NCBI GenBank assembly: GCA_021777565.1
Contig: JAJYDJ010000002.1
Coordinates: forward strand, 133,082-197,081
Source: a bacterium
GTDB lineage: Bacteria > Patescibacteriota > Microgenomatia > Levybacterales > UBA12049
Direction of reading: 5' to 3'
DNA length: 64,000 bases
Both the position numbers and the translations under genes were made by a program. The notes beneath the pieces are model-generated. The model searched no databases. It was not told the DNA's origin and saw only the letters and a list, made by a program, of their open reading frames with translations. Positions 8,326 to 17,406 of this stretch are shown piece by piece (the stretch's first letter is position 1; the number at the start of each line of letters is the position of its first letter).

Positions 8326-10206
8326 ATGGCGTTACCACTTCGAGGCAGAAATAAAGATTCCAAAAAAGAAAATCGTACCCCTAAGAAAATTCGTATCATC
8401 AAAATAAATCTTTCTTGGAAAAATGTCATTTTGTATGGATTTTTAGCACTTTTCTTGATCTTCTTGTTCTCAGGATTCAATTCTTCACTTGATCAAACAA
8501 AAGCAGTTCCCCTCTCTACTATCATCCAAGATGTTCAATCTGGAAAAGTGTCTGAGTTAACGGTAACCGATACCAAACTTACTGCTACTGAGGGGAAAAC
8601 CACCATTGAAACAACCAAGGAACCAAGTGCAAATGTGTATGGTCTTTTCAAAGATGCAGGTGTTTCTTTGGACAAAACAAAAGTCGTCGTCAAAGATGAA
8701 AGTAGTTGGAACAATTGGTTAAATATTCTTTCCTCGGTGCTTCCAATTGTCCTGATGATTGCGTTCTTTTACTTCCTGTTCCGCCAAGCTCGTGGAGCTC
8801 AAGAAAGTGTTTTCTCTTTTGGACAATCTCGAGCAAAACAGTTTACCAAGGACACACCAAAAACTACATTCAACGATGTCGCTGGCGTTGACGAGGCCAA
8901 GCAAGAATTAACAGAAATTGTTGACTTCCTGAAAAATCCACAGAAGTATAAAGCCATGGGTGCCAGAACTCCAAAAGGAGTCTTAATGGTTGGACCATCA
9001 GGAACTGGAAAGACACTGCTTGCTCGTGCAACTGCTGGTGAGGCCGGCGTTGCCTTCTTCTCTATGGCTGGCTCAGAATTTATGGAGATGTTGGTAGGAG
9101 TTGGCGCGAGTCGTGTACGCGATCTTTTTACCACTGCAAAAAAAGCACAGCCAGCAATTATCTTTATTGATGAAATTGATGCAATTGGTCGCCAGCGTGG
9201 TATGGGACTCATGGGGGGTCATGATGAGCGTGAACAGACATTAAATCAAATTCTTGTCGAGATGGATGGTTTTACCCCAAATGAACAGCTCATCGTTATG
9301 GCAGCAACAAACCGTCCTGATGTCCTTGACCCCGCATTGGTACGTCCAGGTCGTTTTGATCGTAAAGTAGTACTGGATTTGCCAGATGTTGAGGGTAGAA
9401 AAGCGATTCTCTCAATTCATGCACGTAACAAACCATTTGCCGATGGCGTTGATTGGGAGAAAGTTGCCAAGCGAACGGCAGGTTTTTCTGGAGCTGATCT
9501 GGAAAACATGCTCAATGAAGCAGCGATTTTGGCAGCTCGATTGAATAAAAAGGCGATTGACATGAAGGATCTGGAAGAAGCGGCAACCAAAGTAAAACTT
9601 GGCCCTGAAAAGAAAAGACTTCAGTCAGATGAAGATAGAAAGATGACCGCATATCATGAAGCGGGTCATGCCATTGTGTATTGGTATATGCCACATATTG
9701 ATGCGGTGCATAGAGTCTCTATCGTTAGCCGTGGGATGAGTCTGGGACACACGATGCAAGAGCCTATGGAGCATATTCATGAAACACAGACAGGTCTTTT
9801 GGAGCAAGTTACAGCAATGCTTGGTGGAAGAGCCGCAGAAGAACTGATATTTAACGAAATCACAACCGGCGCCAGTAATGATATCGAGAAAGCTACTGAG
9901 TTAGTTCGTGACATGGTCGTTGAGTATGGCATGAGTAGTCTGGGGCCAATCAACTTTGATCAAGATCGTAGAAGTATGTATGAGGTAAAAAATATTTCTC
10001 CAGAGATGCAAGCAAAAGTTGATGCTGAAGTGGAGCGTATTATGACTTCATGCTACAAGCAGGCACAACAAGTAATCAAAGCAGAGAAAAAGAGAATGGA
10101 GCTTGTTGTTGGTGAGCTCTTAAAGAAAGAAACACTTGAAGCAGACGAATTTGTAGCGCTTGTTGGTGAAAAAGAAAAACGAGTCTCCCCTTTCGCGACA
10201 AAATAA
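8326..10206 (+). CDS. ftsH: ATP-dependent zinc metalloprotease FtsH
   Basis: [13 protein letters not shown] Walker [10 protein letters not shown] Walker B and an HEAGHAI zinc site. The ORF-track start at 8320 is TTG. The ATG at 8326 sits 6 nt after TGgTATACT. Confidence 0.9.
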   Translation: MALPLRGRNKDSKKENRTPKKIRIIKINLSWKNVILYGFLALFLIFLFSGFNSSLDQTKAVPLSTIIQDVQSGKVSELTVTDTKLTATEGKTTIETTKEPSANVYGLFKDAGVSLDKTKVVVKDESSWNNWLNILSSVLPIVLMIAFFYFLFRQARGAQESVFSFGQSRAKQFTKDTPKTTFNDVAGVDEAKQELTEIVDFLKNPQKYKAMGARTPKGVLMVGPSGTGKTLLARATAGEAGVAFFSMAGSEFMEMLVGVGASRVRDLFTTAKKAQPAIIFIDEIDAIGRQRGMGLMGGHDEREQTLNQILVEMDGFTPNEQLIVMAATNRPDVLDPALVRPGRFDRKVVLDLPDVEGRKAILSIHARNKPFADGVDWEKVAKRTAGFSGADLENMLNEAAILAARLNKKAIDMKDLEEAATKVKLGPEKKRLQSDEDRKMTAYHEAGHAIVYWYMPHIDAVHRVSIVSRGMSLGHTMQEPMEHIHETQTGLLEQVTAMLGGRAAEELIFNEITTGASNDIEKATELVRDMVVEYGMSSLGPINFDQDRRSMYEVKNISPEMQAKVDAEVERIMTSCYKQAQQVIKAEKKRMELVVGELLKKETLEADEFVALVGEKEKRVSPFATK

Positions 10207-10222
10207 ACAGTATACTAAAGAC

Positions 10223-11152
10223 ATGAAAAAACTTCTCATCATTGATGGCAACCATCTTGTCCACCGCGCATACCATGCCTATCCACAGAATTTTACTAGT
10301 CCCGATGGACGACCAGTCGGTATGGTGTATGGGTGGTGCGTGATGTTTTTAAAAGCACTTGAAATCATTAAACCAACCCATGTAGCTATCTGTTTTGATA
10401 GACCTGCTCCAACATTTCGAAAGACGATGTATGCGGGATATCAGGCCAATCGACCACAAATGGAATCAGAACTTTCTGATCAGATAGTTTTCCTGCAGGA
10501 AGCATTAACTCAGTCAGGATTTCCTCAATTTGGTGTGGATGGATATGAAGCAGACGATCTTATAGGCACGCTCGCACTCCAAGCAGAAGAGGCATATACA
10601 GATGGTGATGAAACAATTATTCTCTCAGGAGATAGAGATTTATTACAGTTAGTAGACAAGTACACCAAGGAAATGATGCCACTCACTGGTATTACCAACT
10701 TTCAGCTTCTTGATCCTCAAGGGGTGAAAGAAAAAATGGGAGTAGGACCGGAGCAAATCGTTGATTATAAAGCATTAGTTGGTGATGCATCAGATGGGTA
10801 CCCAGGGATAACCGGAATTGGACCAAAGACCGCAATAACGCTTCTTGAAAAATATGCTACGTTTGAAAGAGTTTACGAGCATCTGGATGAAATTTCTCCA
10901 CGAGTTGTTGAAAAATTGACTGAATTTGCTGAACAAGGTGCCATGTCAAAAAAATTAGCACAGATTGTTTGTGATGCGCCGGTACACTTGAGATGGGATG
11001 AGGTTGCACTGAGTAATATTGAGGAGGCAACGATTGCGAGTGTCTTTGAAGAATTAGGGTTTTCATCACTTGCTCGAAAGATGCGTCTTTTTGCAGCTCC
11101 TAAGCCTGAAAAGAAGCCAAAAGTGAATGAACACCAACTTTCTCTTCTCTAA
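10223..11152 (+). CDS. 5'-3' exonuclease (Pol I N-terminal domain / FEN-like)
   Basis: LLIIDGNHLVHRAYHA and ILSGDRDLLQL motifs are present. TATACT plus 6 nt lies upstream of the ATG at 10223. The ORF-track start at 10160 overlaps ftsH. Confidence 0.8.
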   Translation: MKKLLIIDGNHLVHRAYHAYPQNFTSPDGRPVGMVYGWCVMFLKALEIIKPTHVAICFDRPAPTFRKTMYAGYQANRPQMESELSDQIVFLQEALTQSGFPQFGVDGYEADDLIGTLALQAEEAYTDGDETIILSGDRDLLQLVDKYTKEMMPLTGITNFQLLDPQGVKEKMGVGPEQIVDYKALVGDASDGYPGITGIGPKTAITLLEKYATFERVYEHLDEISPRVVEKLTEFAEQGAMSKKLAQIVCDAPVHLRWDEVALSNIEEATIASVFEELGFSSLARKMRLFAAPKPEKKPKVNEHQLSLL

Positions 11153-11188
11153 TTTTGTTTCCGCTCACTTTTTCGTTATACTACAGAT

Positions 11189-12310
11189 ATGAAAATTGCC
11201 TTGGTGCATGACTACCTCATGGATTATGGTGGTGCGGAAGAAGTGCTCTATGAACTGCATCGAATGTATCCAGATGCACCTATCTATGTCTCACTTCTTG
11301 ATAAACAAAAACTTGGAAAATTTTGGAGTAAATTTTCTGATGCACGCATTGTAACCTCGTGGTTTCAATACATCCCTTATGCCTCTCGAGTGATCTCCCC
11401 ACTTCGTTTTTTACTCCCACTTGTATGGGGAAGTTTTGATTTCTCAAGCTATGATGTTGTCATTACCAGTGCGAGTTGGGCAGTGACTAAGGGAATTCGC
11501 AAAGGAAAACACACCAAGGAGATTTGTTATCTTCATACACCACCGCGATATTTGTATGGATACGACACGTCACGCGTATGGAAAGGTACATGGTATGGGT
11601 TTTTGATTGATTGGTATGCGTTGATTGTGAACCACGCTATGCGTATCTATGATTTCCATCAATCACAAAAAGTAGATGTGTTTGTCGCAAACTCAAAAAA
11701 CGTTGGAGAAAGAATAGAAAAGTTTTATCGAAGAAATGATTACCATGTCATTTATCCTCCCATTGAAGTAGATAAATTCATTGATCCTAACATAAAAGCA
11801 AAGACAGGAACGTACTATTTGACTGGTGGGAGACTGGTCGCTGCAAAAAACTTTGACCTCATTATAAAAAGTTGCGAGAAAGCAAATGTGCCACTGAAGA
11901 TATTTGGAACCGGGATAGAGAAAGAAAAGCTTATGAATATTGCAGGTAAACAGGTGGAATTTCTCGGCCACATAACCGATGAAGAAAAGGTTGCATATAT
12001 GAAAGGTGCAAAAGCATTTATTTTGGCACAAAAAGATGAGGATTTTGGCATTACCCCAATTGAGGCAGCTGCCTGTGGTGTGCCATCAATTGCGTACAAG
12101 AGTGGTGGGTACACAGAGTCTATTAGTGACAAAAAGACTGGTCTTTTCTTTGAATCACTATCTGTTGATGCACTCGAAAAGGTTATTAAAGAATCTGAAA
12201 GAATGAAGTGGGACAAAAAAATAATTATCGCACATGCAGAGAAATTTGATGTGTCTCTATTCCAGAAAAAGATACGCGATATTGTTGAAAAAATATATCA
12301 CCAAAAGTGA
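11189..12310 (+). CDS. glycosyltransferase family 4 (GT-B, group 1)
   Basis: EDFGITPIEAAACGVPSIAYKSGG is the GT4 E-x7-E region. TATACT plus 6 nt lies upstream of the ATG. Confidence 0.8.
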   Translation: MKIALVHDYLMDYGGAEEVLYELHRMYPDAPIYVSLLDKQKLGKFWSKFSDARIVTSWFQYIPYASRVISPLRFLLPLVWGSFDFSSYDVVITSASWAVTKGIRKGKHTKEICYLHTPPRYLYGYDTSRVWKGTWYGFLIDWYALIVNHAMRIYDFHQSQKVDVFVANSKNVGERIEKFYRRNDYHVIYPPIEVDKFIDPNIKAKTGTYYLTGGRLVAAKNFDLIIKSCEKANVPLKIFGTGIEKEKLMNIAGKQVEFLGHITDEEKVAYMKGAKAFILAQKDEDFGITPIEAAACGVPSIAYKSGGYTESISDKKTGLFFESLSVDALEKVIKESERMKWDKKIIIAHAEKFDVSLFQKKIRDIVEKIYHQK

Positions 12311-12352
12311 TACTTGTTGGCCACCACTTGTTTTGTTAGAATTATCACAGCA

Positions 12353-13054
12353 ATGGCATATACCAAACGTTTTATTATTTCATTTGGTGGATCACTCATC
12401 TCTACTCCTGATGGCGTTGCAATCGACTTCCTGCAAAATTTCTCAGCACTTTTGAGACAAACCATTCAAGATCATCCCGATTGGCAAATTTTTCTGGTGA
12501 CTGGTGGTGGCTATGTGTGTCGTCAATATCAGGCAGCGGTGCAGGCACTTCTTCCTAGTGCAACAGACTTGGAAAAAGACTGGATGGGGATTTATACCAC
12601 ACGATTTCATGCACACTTCATGCAGCTTGCCTTTCAAGATATTGCCCATGAAAAAATAATAGAAGACTATGCACAAAAACAGGAAGCAAGTGAACAGCTG
12701 GTAATTGCCTCAGGATGGCACCCAGGAACCTCTACTGATATGGATGCAGTCCTTCTCGCAGAGCAATACGAGGCAACTGTTGCTATAAATCTTAGTAACA
12801 TTGCCTATGTGTATGACAAAGATCCAAAACAATTCCCTGATGCCAAAAGAATTGAGCACATGACCTGGAATGAACTGCGTGCAATTGTTGGTGATACCTG
12901 GTCACCAGGCCTGAATACTCCTTTTGATCCAATTGCTGCCAAGAAAGCTCAAGAGCTGGGTTTAACGGTTATTGTTGCAGAAGGGAAAAATCTGGAGAAT
13001 GTGCAACACATCCTGAACGCAGAAGCATACGTCGGGACAACAATAACTCCCTAA
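12353..13054 (+). CDS. pyrH: UMP kinase (amino-acid-kinase fold)
   Basis: FIISFGGSLI, FLVTGGGYVCRQY and GTSTDMDAVLLAEQ align with the PyrH motifs LKLSGEAL, GGGN and DTDTAA. The start is taken at Met 12353, so the TTG at 12314 is discounted. Confidence 0.65.
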   Translation: MAYTKRFIISFGGSLISTPDGVAIDFLQNFSALLRQTIQDHPDWQIFLVTGGGYVCRQYQAAVQALLPSATDLEKDWMGIYTTRFHAHFMQLAFQDIAHEKIIEDYAQKQEASEQLVIASGWHPGTSTDMDAVLLAEQYEATVAINLSNIAYVYDKDPKQFPDAKRIEHMTWNELRAIVGDTWSPGLNTPFDPIAAKKAQELGLTVIVAEGKNLENVQHILNAEAYVGTTITP

Positions 13055-13086
13055 GATTTTGGTGGAAAACATCGTATAATAGCCTC

Positions 13087-14142
13087 ATGCTTACACAAGT
13101 CTTTTTGCAGTATTTTCGCTCCTATGAACAACTACATGTTCCGTTGAAAGAAGAAAAAACAGTCGTTGTTGGTGCAAATGCCAGCGGTAAAACAAGTTTT
13201 ATTGAGGCAGTTTCACTTTGTCTTACCGGCAAAAGTTTCCGTGCTAATAAAGCACAGGAAATGATCATGTTTGACCATGACATGGCGCGTGTCCAGATAG
13301 AACTCGTCGATAATGAAGAAAAAACGAGAATTGAGGTAGTCATCACTGATGGTCAGACAACCGGTGGGAGAGCACAAAAGAAAATTTTTATTAACGGCAT
13401 AGCAAGAAGTCGCGGTGCACTCGTTGGCCTTGCCCCGGTTATCCTATTTAGGCCGGAAGAAATGGATATCATTAGTGATGGACCATCGCTGAGGCGATCA
13501 TTCCTTGATGACACGCTGGAGCAAGTGTCTCGTGAGTACGTACGAGCAAAAAGAGAATATGAGAAGGCACTCAGGCAAAGAAATGCCCTGTTACACCTGG
13601 CAAAAGAAACTGGAATTAGAAAAGTAGATGAATTTAACTACTGGGATGATATCTTAATCCATGCAGGCCAGGTAATTACGCATAGTCGTCGTGAATTTCT
13701 ACATGCCATCAATTCACTCACTCCAGAACTTTTTGCAATCCGTGTCGCCTATGATCCAAGTGAGATCTCCCGTGAGAGACTTGATCAATATGCCAACGAA
13801 GAAGTTGCGGCGGGAGTCACATTGGTAGGTCCACAGCGGGATGATTTCACTATCTTTATGGGGACACAGGAAGTACACAGTGCGAATATGCAGCTCTTTG
13901 CTTCTCGTGGGCAGCAGAGACTTGCGATATTGCAATTAAAGTTATTTCAAAAGCAATATATTGAAGACAAGATTGGGAAAAAAGCGCTTGTTCTTCTCGA
14001 TGATATTTTTTCAGAGCTGGATAGTAGTCACATCTCCCTTGTTATGGAAAAATTGCAGCAGGCACAGTTGATTCTTACCACTACCCATGAAGAGTTTGTA
14101 AATTTAGATAGCGAGTCAGTACAGAAGGTACATCTAACGTGA
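13087..14142 (+). CDS. recF: DNA replication and repair protein RecF
   Basis: VVGANASGKTSFIEAVS Walker A and LLDDIFSELD Walker B/D-loop. TATAAT plus 6 nt lies upstream of the ATG. Confidence 0.85.
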   Translation: MLTQVFLQYFRSYEQLHVPLKEEKTVVVGANASGKTSFIEAVSLCLTGKSFRANKAQEMIMFDHDMARVQIELVDNEEKTRIEVVITDGQTTGGRAQKKIFINGIARSRGALVGLAPVILFRPEEMDIISDGPSLRRSFLDDTLEQVSREYVRAKREYEKALRQRNALLHLAKETGIRKVDEFNYWDDILIHAGQVITHSRREFLHAINSLTPELFAIRVAYDPSEISRERLDQYANEEVAAGVTLVGPQRDDFTIFMGTQEVHSANMQLFASRGQQRLAILQLKLFQKQYIEDKIGKKALVLLDDIFSELDSSHISLVMEKLQQAQLILTTTHEEFVNLDSESVQKVHLT

Positions 14143-14424
14143 GTTTTCAAGCTTCTCTTTCAATTTGGTCAGTTGTAGGGTCACAAGAACAGCTAAAGCC
14201 GTGACAATACATGCATAGATTGCCAGTGATATAACACCACTGTTGGCAGGTAAAAACTTTTTTACATACGTATTCACGACCTCTTGAATAAAACTATTCC
14301 AGGCAAGGGCAGCTACGAGACTAAAGCCGCTTGTCGCAAGTGTCAACATCTGCTGAACGATCTCAATTGATGCCTTATTGACTCGATGCAGTGGGTGTGA
14401 TGATTTCTTTTGCTTGCTTGTCAT
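14134..14424 (-). CDS. small membrane protein (2 TM), hypothetical
   Basis: A 96-aa ORF with two hydrophobic helices, tucked between recF and fic. Confidence 0.35.
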   Translation of the reverse strand: MTSKQKKSSHPLHRVNKASIEIVQQMLTLATSGFSLVAALAWNSFIQEVVNTYVKKFLPANSGVISLAIYACIVTALAVLVTLQLTKLKEKLENSR

Positions 14425-14449
14425 AGGACGGGCTTATTACAATATAGCT

Positions 14450-15499
14450 ATGTATACTCCACAATTCAAGATAACCAATACCATTCTTACCAACATTGGC
14501 ATTATTGAGGCAGCACGTGAGGTAATTAACCGTGCACCATTGCTTCCCTACTATGAAAAAAAGTTCCAGGAAGACGCGCTGGTAAGAACCGTTCATTATG
14601 GAACCCACATTGAAGGGAACGAATTGGATTTAACCCAGGCCGAGAAAGTAGTCCAGGGACAAACAATTATTGCTAGAGAACGCGATATTCAAGAGGTTAT
14701 TAACTATCGAAAAGTCATGGAATATCTTGATGAAATAGACACGAGCAGCAAGCCACTTGATGAATCACTCATTAAACACATGCATACCCTCGTCGTTGAG
14801 CATGTCATTCCTGAGGAAACCGCAGGAATCTATAGGCGTCCATCGGTAGTTATTAGAAATAGCCATACTGGTGAGATTGTGTTTCGTCCTCCTCAGGCAG
14901 TCATTGTCCCATTTCAAATAGCTGATTTATTGGAATATCTCAATATCACCAAACCAGAAGATTTGCATCCTGTCCTGAAGGCAGGTATTGCACACTATGA
15001 GTTCGTGAGAATTCATCCTTTTGTTGAGGGGAATGGTCGTCTGGCTCGTGCATTATCAACATTGATCCTTTTTCGCGAAGGATATGACATTAGAAAGTTT
15101 TTCTCTCTAGAAGAATTCTTTGATAAAGATCTTCCAGCATACTATGGTGCACTGCAAAGTGTAGAAAAAAATAATAGTGATTTAACAGAGTGGCTTGAGT
15201 ATTTCACAAAGGCTCTTGCTGTTGAGTTAACTCGTATCAAAGAGAAAGTTGAAAAAATTTCTGCAGATGGAAAGATTAAACAAAAACTAGGGGGGAAACC
15301 ATTCTTAATGAGTGAAAGACAAATGAAAATAGTTGAATTTATTCAAGAAAATGGATATTTAGAGAATAAAGCATTTAAATCTCTTTTCCCAATGATTTCT
15401 GAGGACAGTATTCTTTTGGATCTGAAGTCACTGATCAATGCGGGAGTTATTCGTAAGCAAGGGGTGACTAAAGGGGTAAAATACGTCATGAATTCGTGA
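14450..15499 (+). CDS. Fic family protein (AMPylase-type fold) with a C-terminal winged-helix
   Basis: HPFVEGNGRLARA is the canonical Fic motif HPFx[DE]GNGR, and a TVHYGTHIEGN inhibitory-helix-like segment is present. TACAAT plus 6 nt lies upstream of the ATG at 14450. The ORF-track start at 14378 is unlikely. Confidence 0.85.
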   Translation: MYTPQFKITNTILTNIGIIEAAREVINRAPLLPYYEKKFQEDALVRTVHYGTHIEGNELDLTQAEKVVQGQTIIARERDIQEVINYRKVMEYLDEIDTSSKPLDESLIKHMHTLVVEHVIPEETAGIYRRPSVVIRNSHTGEIVFRPPQAVIVPFQIADLLEYLNITKPEDLHPVLKAGIAHYEFVRIHPFVEGNGRLARALSTLILFREGYDIRKFFSLEEFFDKDLPAYYGALQSVEKNNSDLTEWLEYFTKALAVELTRIKEKVEKISADGKIKQKLGGKPFLMSERQMKIVEFIQENGYLENKAFKSLFPMISEDSILLDLKSLINAGVIRKQGVTKGVKYVMNS

Positions 15500-15623
15500 T
15501 CCATGTCACACCCTATAATAATTATTGAAGCTACGGGCTTTCATATACATATTGTTTTTTTATAAAGCTAAAATTAAGTATAGACAATTTTGAAACATGG
15601 CATTACAATAGTCCTTATAGCAT

Positions 15624-16283
15624 ATGATGCAAACATCTGTCGTTGAGAAACTTGAAGCATTTTTCTCACAATTTCCCAAGAGGAAATTTAAGAAAAAAGA
15701 AATAATTATTCACGCCGGTGAAATGCCACAAGGCGTCTACTATCTTCATGACGGACTTGTCAGACAATATACCCTTTCTTCAAAAGGTGAAGAGGCCGTT
15801 CTCAATATCTATCGCGCTCCATCATTTTTCCCACTCAGACAACTTTTTGATGAAGTAGAATGTCAGCAATATTTTGAAGCGATGACAGAAGTGCATATGT
15901 GGCTTGCCCCCAAAGAGGCTGTCAGAAATTTCCTGCGTGAGAATCCTGATGTATTGATGGATTTGTTGGCTCGTATGAATCGAGGATTGGATGGACTTTT
16001 GGAAAGACTCTCCTATCTCATGGCAGGGACTGCCTACGAAAGAGTAATTACCGAAGTACTCCTGTACCTCTCACGATTTGGTGAGAAAAAAGAAATTTCT
16101 AGTAAAGAGGCATCAGGAATTAGAATCTCTGCAAAACAAATTGCAATCCAGTCAGGTTTGACGCGCGAAACTGTTACGAGAGAACTTGCGATACTTAAAA
16201 CTAAGGGACTAATTACATTTGAAAAGAACATGTTGACTGTTCCAGATTTAGACAAGCTCAAGCGTGAGTTGGTCGAAGGATAA
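15624..16283 (+). CDS. Crp/Fnr family transcriptional regulator
   Basis: An N-terminal cNMP-binding beta-barrel (EIIIHAGEMPQGVYYLHDGLVRQY) and a C-terminal HTH (AKQIAIQSGLTRETVTRELAILK). Confidence 0.75.
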   Translation: MMQTSVVEKLEAFFSQFPKRKFKKKEIIIHAGEMPQGVYYLHDGLVRQYTLSSKGEEAVLNIYRAPSFFPLRQLFDEVECQQYFEAMTEVHMWLAPKEAVRNFLRENPDVLMDLLARMNRGLDGLLERLSYLMAGTAYERVITEVLLYLSRFGEKKEISSKEASGIRISAKQIAIQSGLTRETVTRELAILKTKGLITFEKNMLTVPDLDKLKRELVEG

Positions 16284-16315
16284 CTCCACATGTACCCCAT
16301 GCTATAATACCCACC

Positions 16316-16858
16316 ATGCCAAGCCCAGACTATCAACATCATAGAGATATTGCACAGCAATTAAGTGACGCGACCAGGTCGATTAGTCCATGCCAAAGGG
16401 GTGGCGGTATGTGTTGTGAGCGAGGTGTGCCAGTGACGCCTGATGATGAGGAGTTTATCCGTGAAGGGATTGCCAGTGGAGATATTTCCCCAGCAGTTGT
16501 TGCGCAGGCAAAAGTGAATGCAGCTGATAGTACCAGACAACGATGTCCTTTTTTAAGTGGTCAAAGTGAATGCACCATTTATGGACGCCGTCCTGTGATC
16601 TGTCTCTATGGAGGTGTCCCTGGTGCAGGGTTGCCGAGAAATCCAGCAGTGTATATGGCAGCTCTGGATGCCCTGACCCAAGGCCTCCCTGATCCTGGAG
16701 TAACATCTGCCGATGTTATGCAGCCTTCCTGTGCCCAGTGCGTGTCACAAATGGGGCGATGCTCTTCAGTTCCGATGATAGCTTTCCAAGAATTTGCTCA
16801 TGCTATGGCAGATTCTGGCTCAACACCTATGAACGAAGTGGTAAGAAGGCTCCCTTAA
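16316..16858 (+). CDS. YkgJ/UPF0153-family Cys-rich protein (putative Zn/Fe-chelating CxxCxxCC domain) with a C-terminal extension
   Basis: CQRGGGMCC ... CPFLSGQSECTIYGRRPVIC fits the YkgJ family pattern. GC content is visibly higher than in neighbouring genes. TATAAT plus 7 nt lies upstream of the ATG. Confidence 0.6.
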   Translation: MPSPDYQHHRDIAQQLSDATRSISPCQRGGGMCCERGVPVTPDDEEFIREGIASGDISPAVVAQAKVNAADSTRQRCPFLSGQSECTIYGRRPVICLYGGVPGAGLPRNPAVYMAALDALTQGLPDPGVTSADVMQPSCAQCVSQMGRCSSVPMIAFQEFAHAMADSGSTPMNEVVRRLP

Positions 16859-17095
16859 TATCTTATTGTGACCTAGATCACGTGGAAAAATAGCAAAATC
16901 TGCTACAATCTTGTTGTCGAGAAATATACAACAGCGTATATACTCTTGCTAGCACGTTAAAAAAGCGGACAACACGACACCCAAGAAAGGTGTGAGGAAA
17001 AGAGGTTCAGATTATTCTGTGGTTCTTTCCCTTACATCTGTAAAGATGTCGCTGGATGGGCGAAGGGCATTTCACTTACGAAAGGGGTGATAAAG

Positions 17096-17302
17096 ATGGA
17101 AAAAAGCACGGCTTTAGCAATCGTGCCAGGACAGACCGTGACGGTTAAAACCGCCACCCGAGATGGTGCTATGAGTATCCCCACGGGGAGCTACACTGTT
17201 ACCGCTAATAACGGTAATGGGACTCTGAAGATTATTCTCGGTACGTTGCCTGGAAGCAACCAGGTCGTCGAAGTAACTGTAAGTTACACCGACTTGCAGT
17301 AA
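17096..17302 (+). CDS. small Thr/Val/Gly-rich protein (68 aa), predicted beta-rich, unknown function
   Basis: An SD AAAGGGGTG lies 7 nt upstream of the ATG at 17096. The gene is followed by a strong terminator and is GC-richer than its surroundings. No signal peptide. Confidence 0.45.
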   Translation: MEKSTALAIVPGQTVTVKTATRDGAMSIPTGSYTVTANNGNGTLKIILGTLPGSNQVVEVTVSYTDLQ

Positions 17303-17310
17303 CCTCACAG

Positions 17311-17347
17311 GAGATGAGATCCATCCACTCTCATCTCTTTTGTCTTT
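17311..17347 (+). terminator. rho-independent terminator (9-bp perfect stem GAGATGAGA/TCTCATCTC, 9-nt loop, T-rich tail)
   Basis: gagatgaga-tccatccac-tctcatctc-ttttgtcttt lies directly after the small ORF. Confidence 0.6.
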
Positions 17348-17406
17348 CCCCAGTACTTAATTCCAATTGTTGTCCGCTTCTTTCCTCTTTTTGCTATACT
17401 ATCCTC

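Noticed and set aside
16859-17095. Possible structured ncRNA (tmRNA, RNase P RNA, SRP RNA, 6S) in the longest intergenic gap
   Set aside because: I could not find the diagnostic motifs: GGUUCGAAUCC or a tag ORF for tmRNA, GGAAAGUCCGG for RNase P, GGAAGCAGCC for SRP. The CCTGG-aagcaa-CCAGG hairpin at ~17260 lies inside the small ORF and is probably coincidental. The region is better explained as the promoter and leader of the small ORF, though a riboswitch is not excluded.
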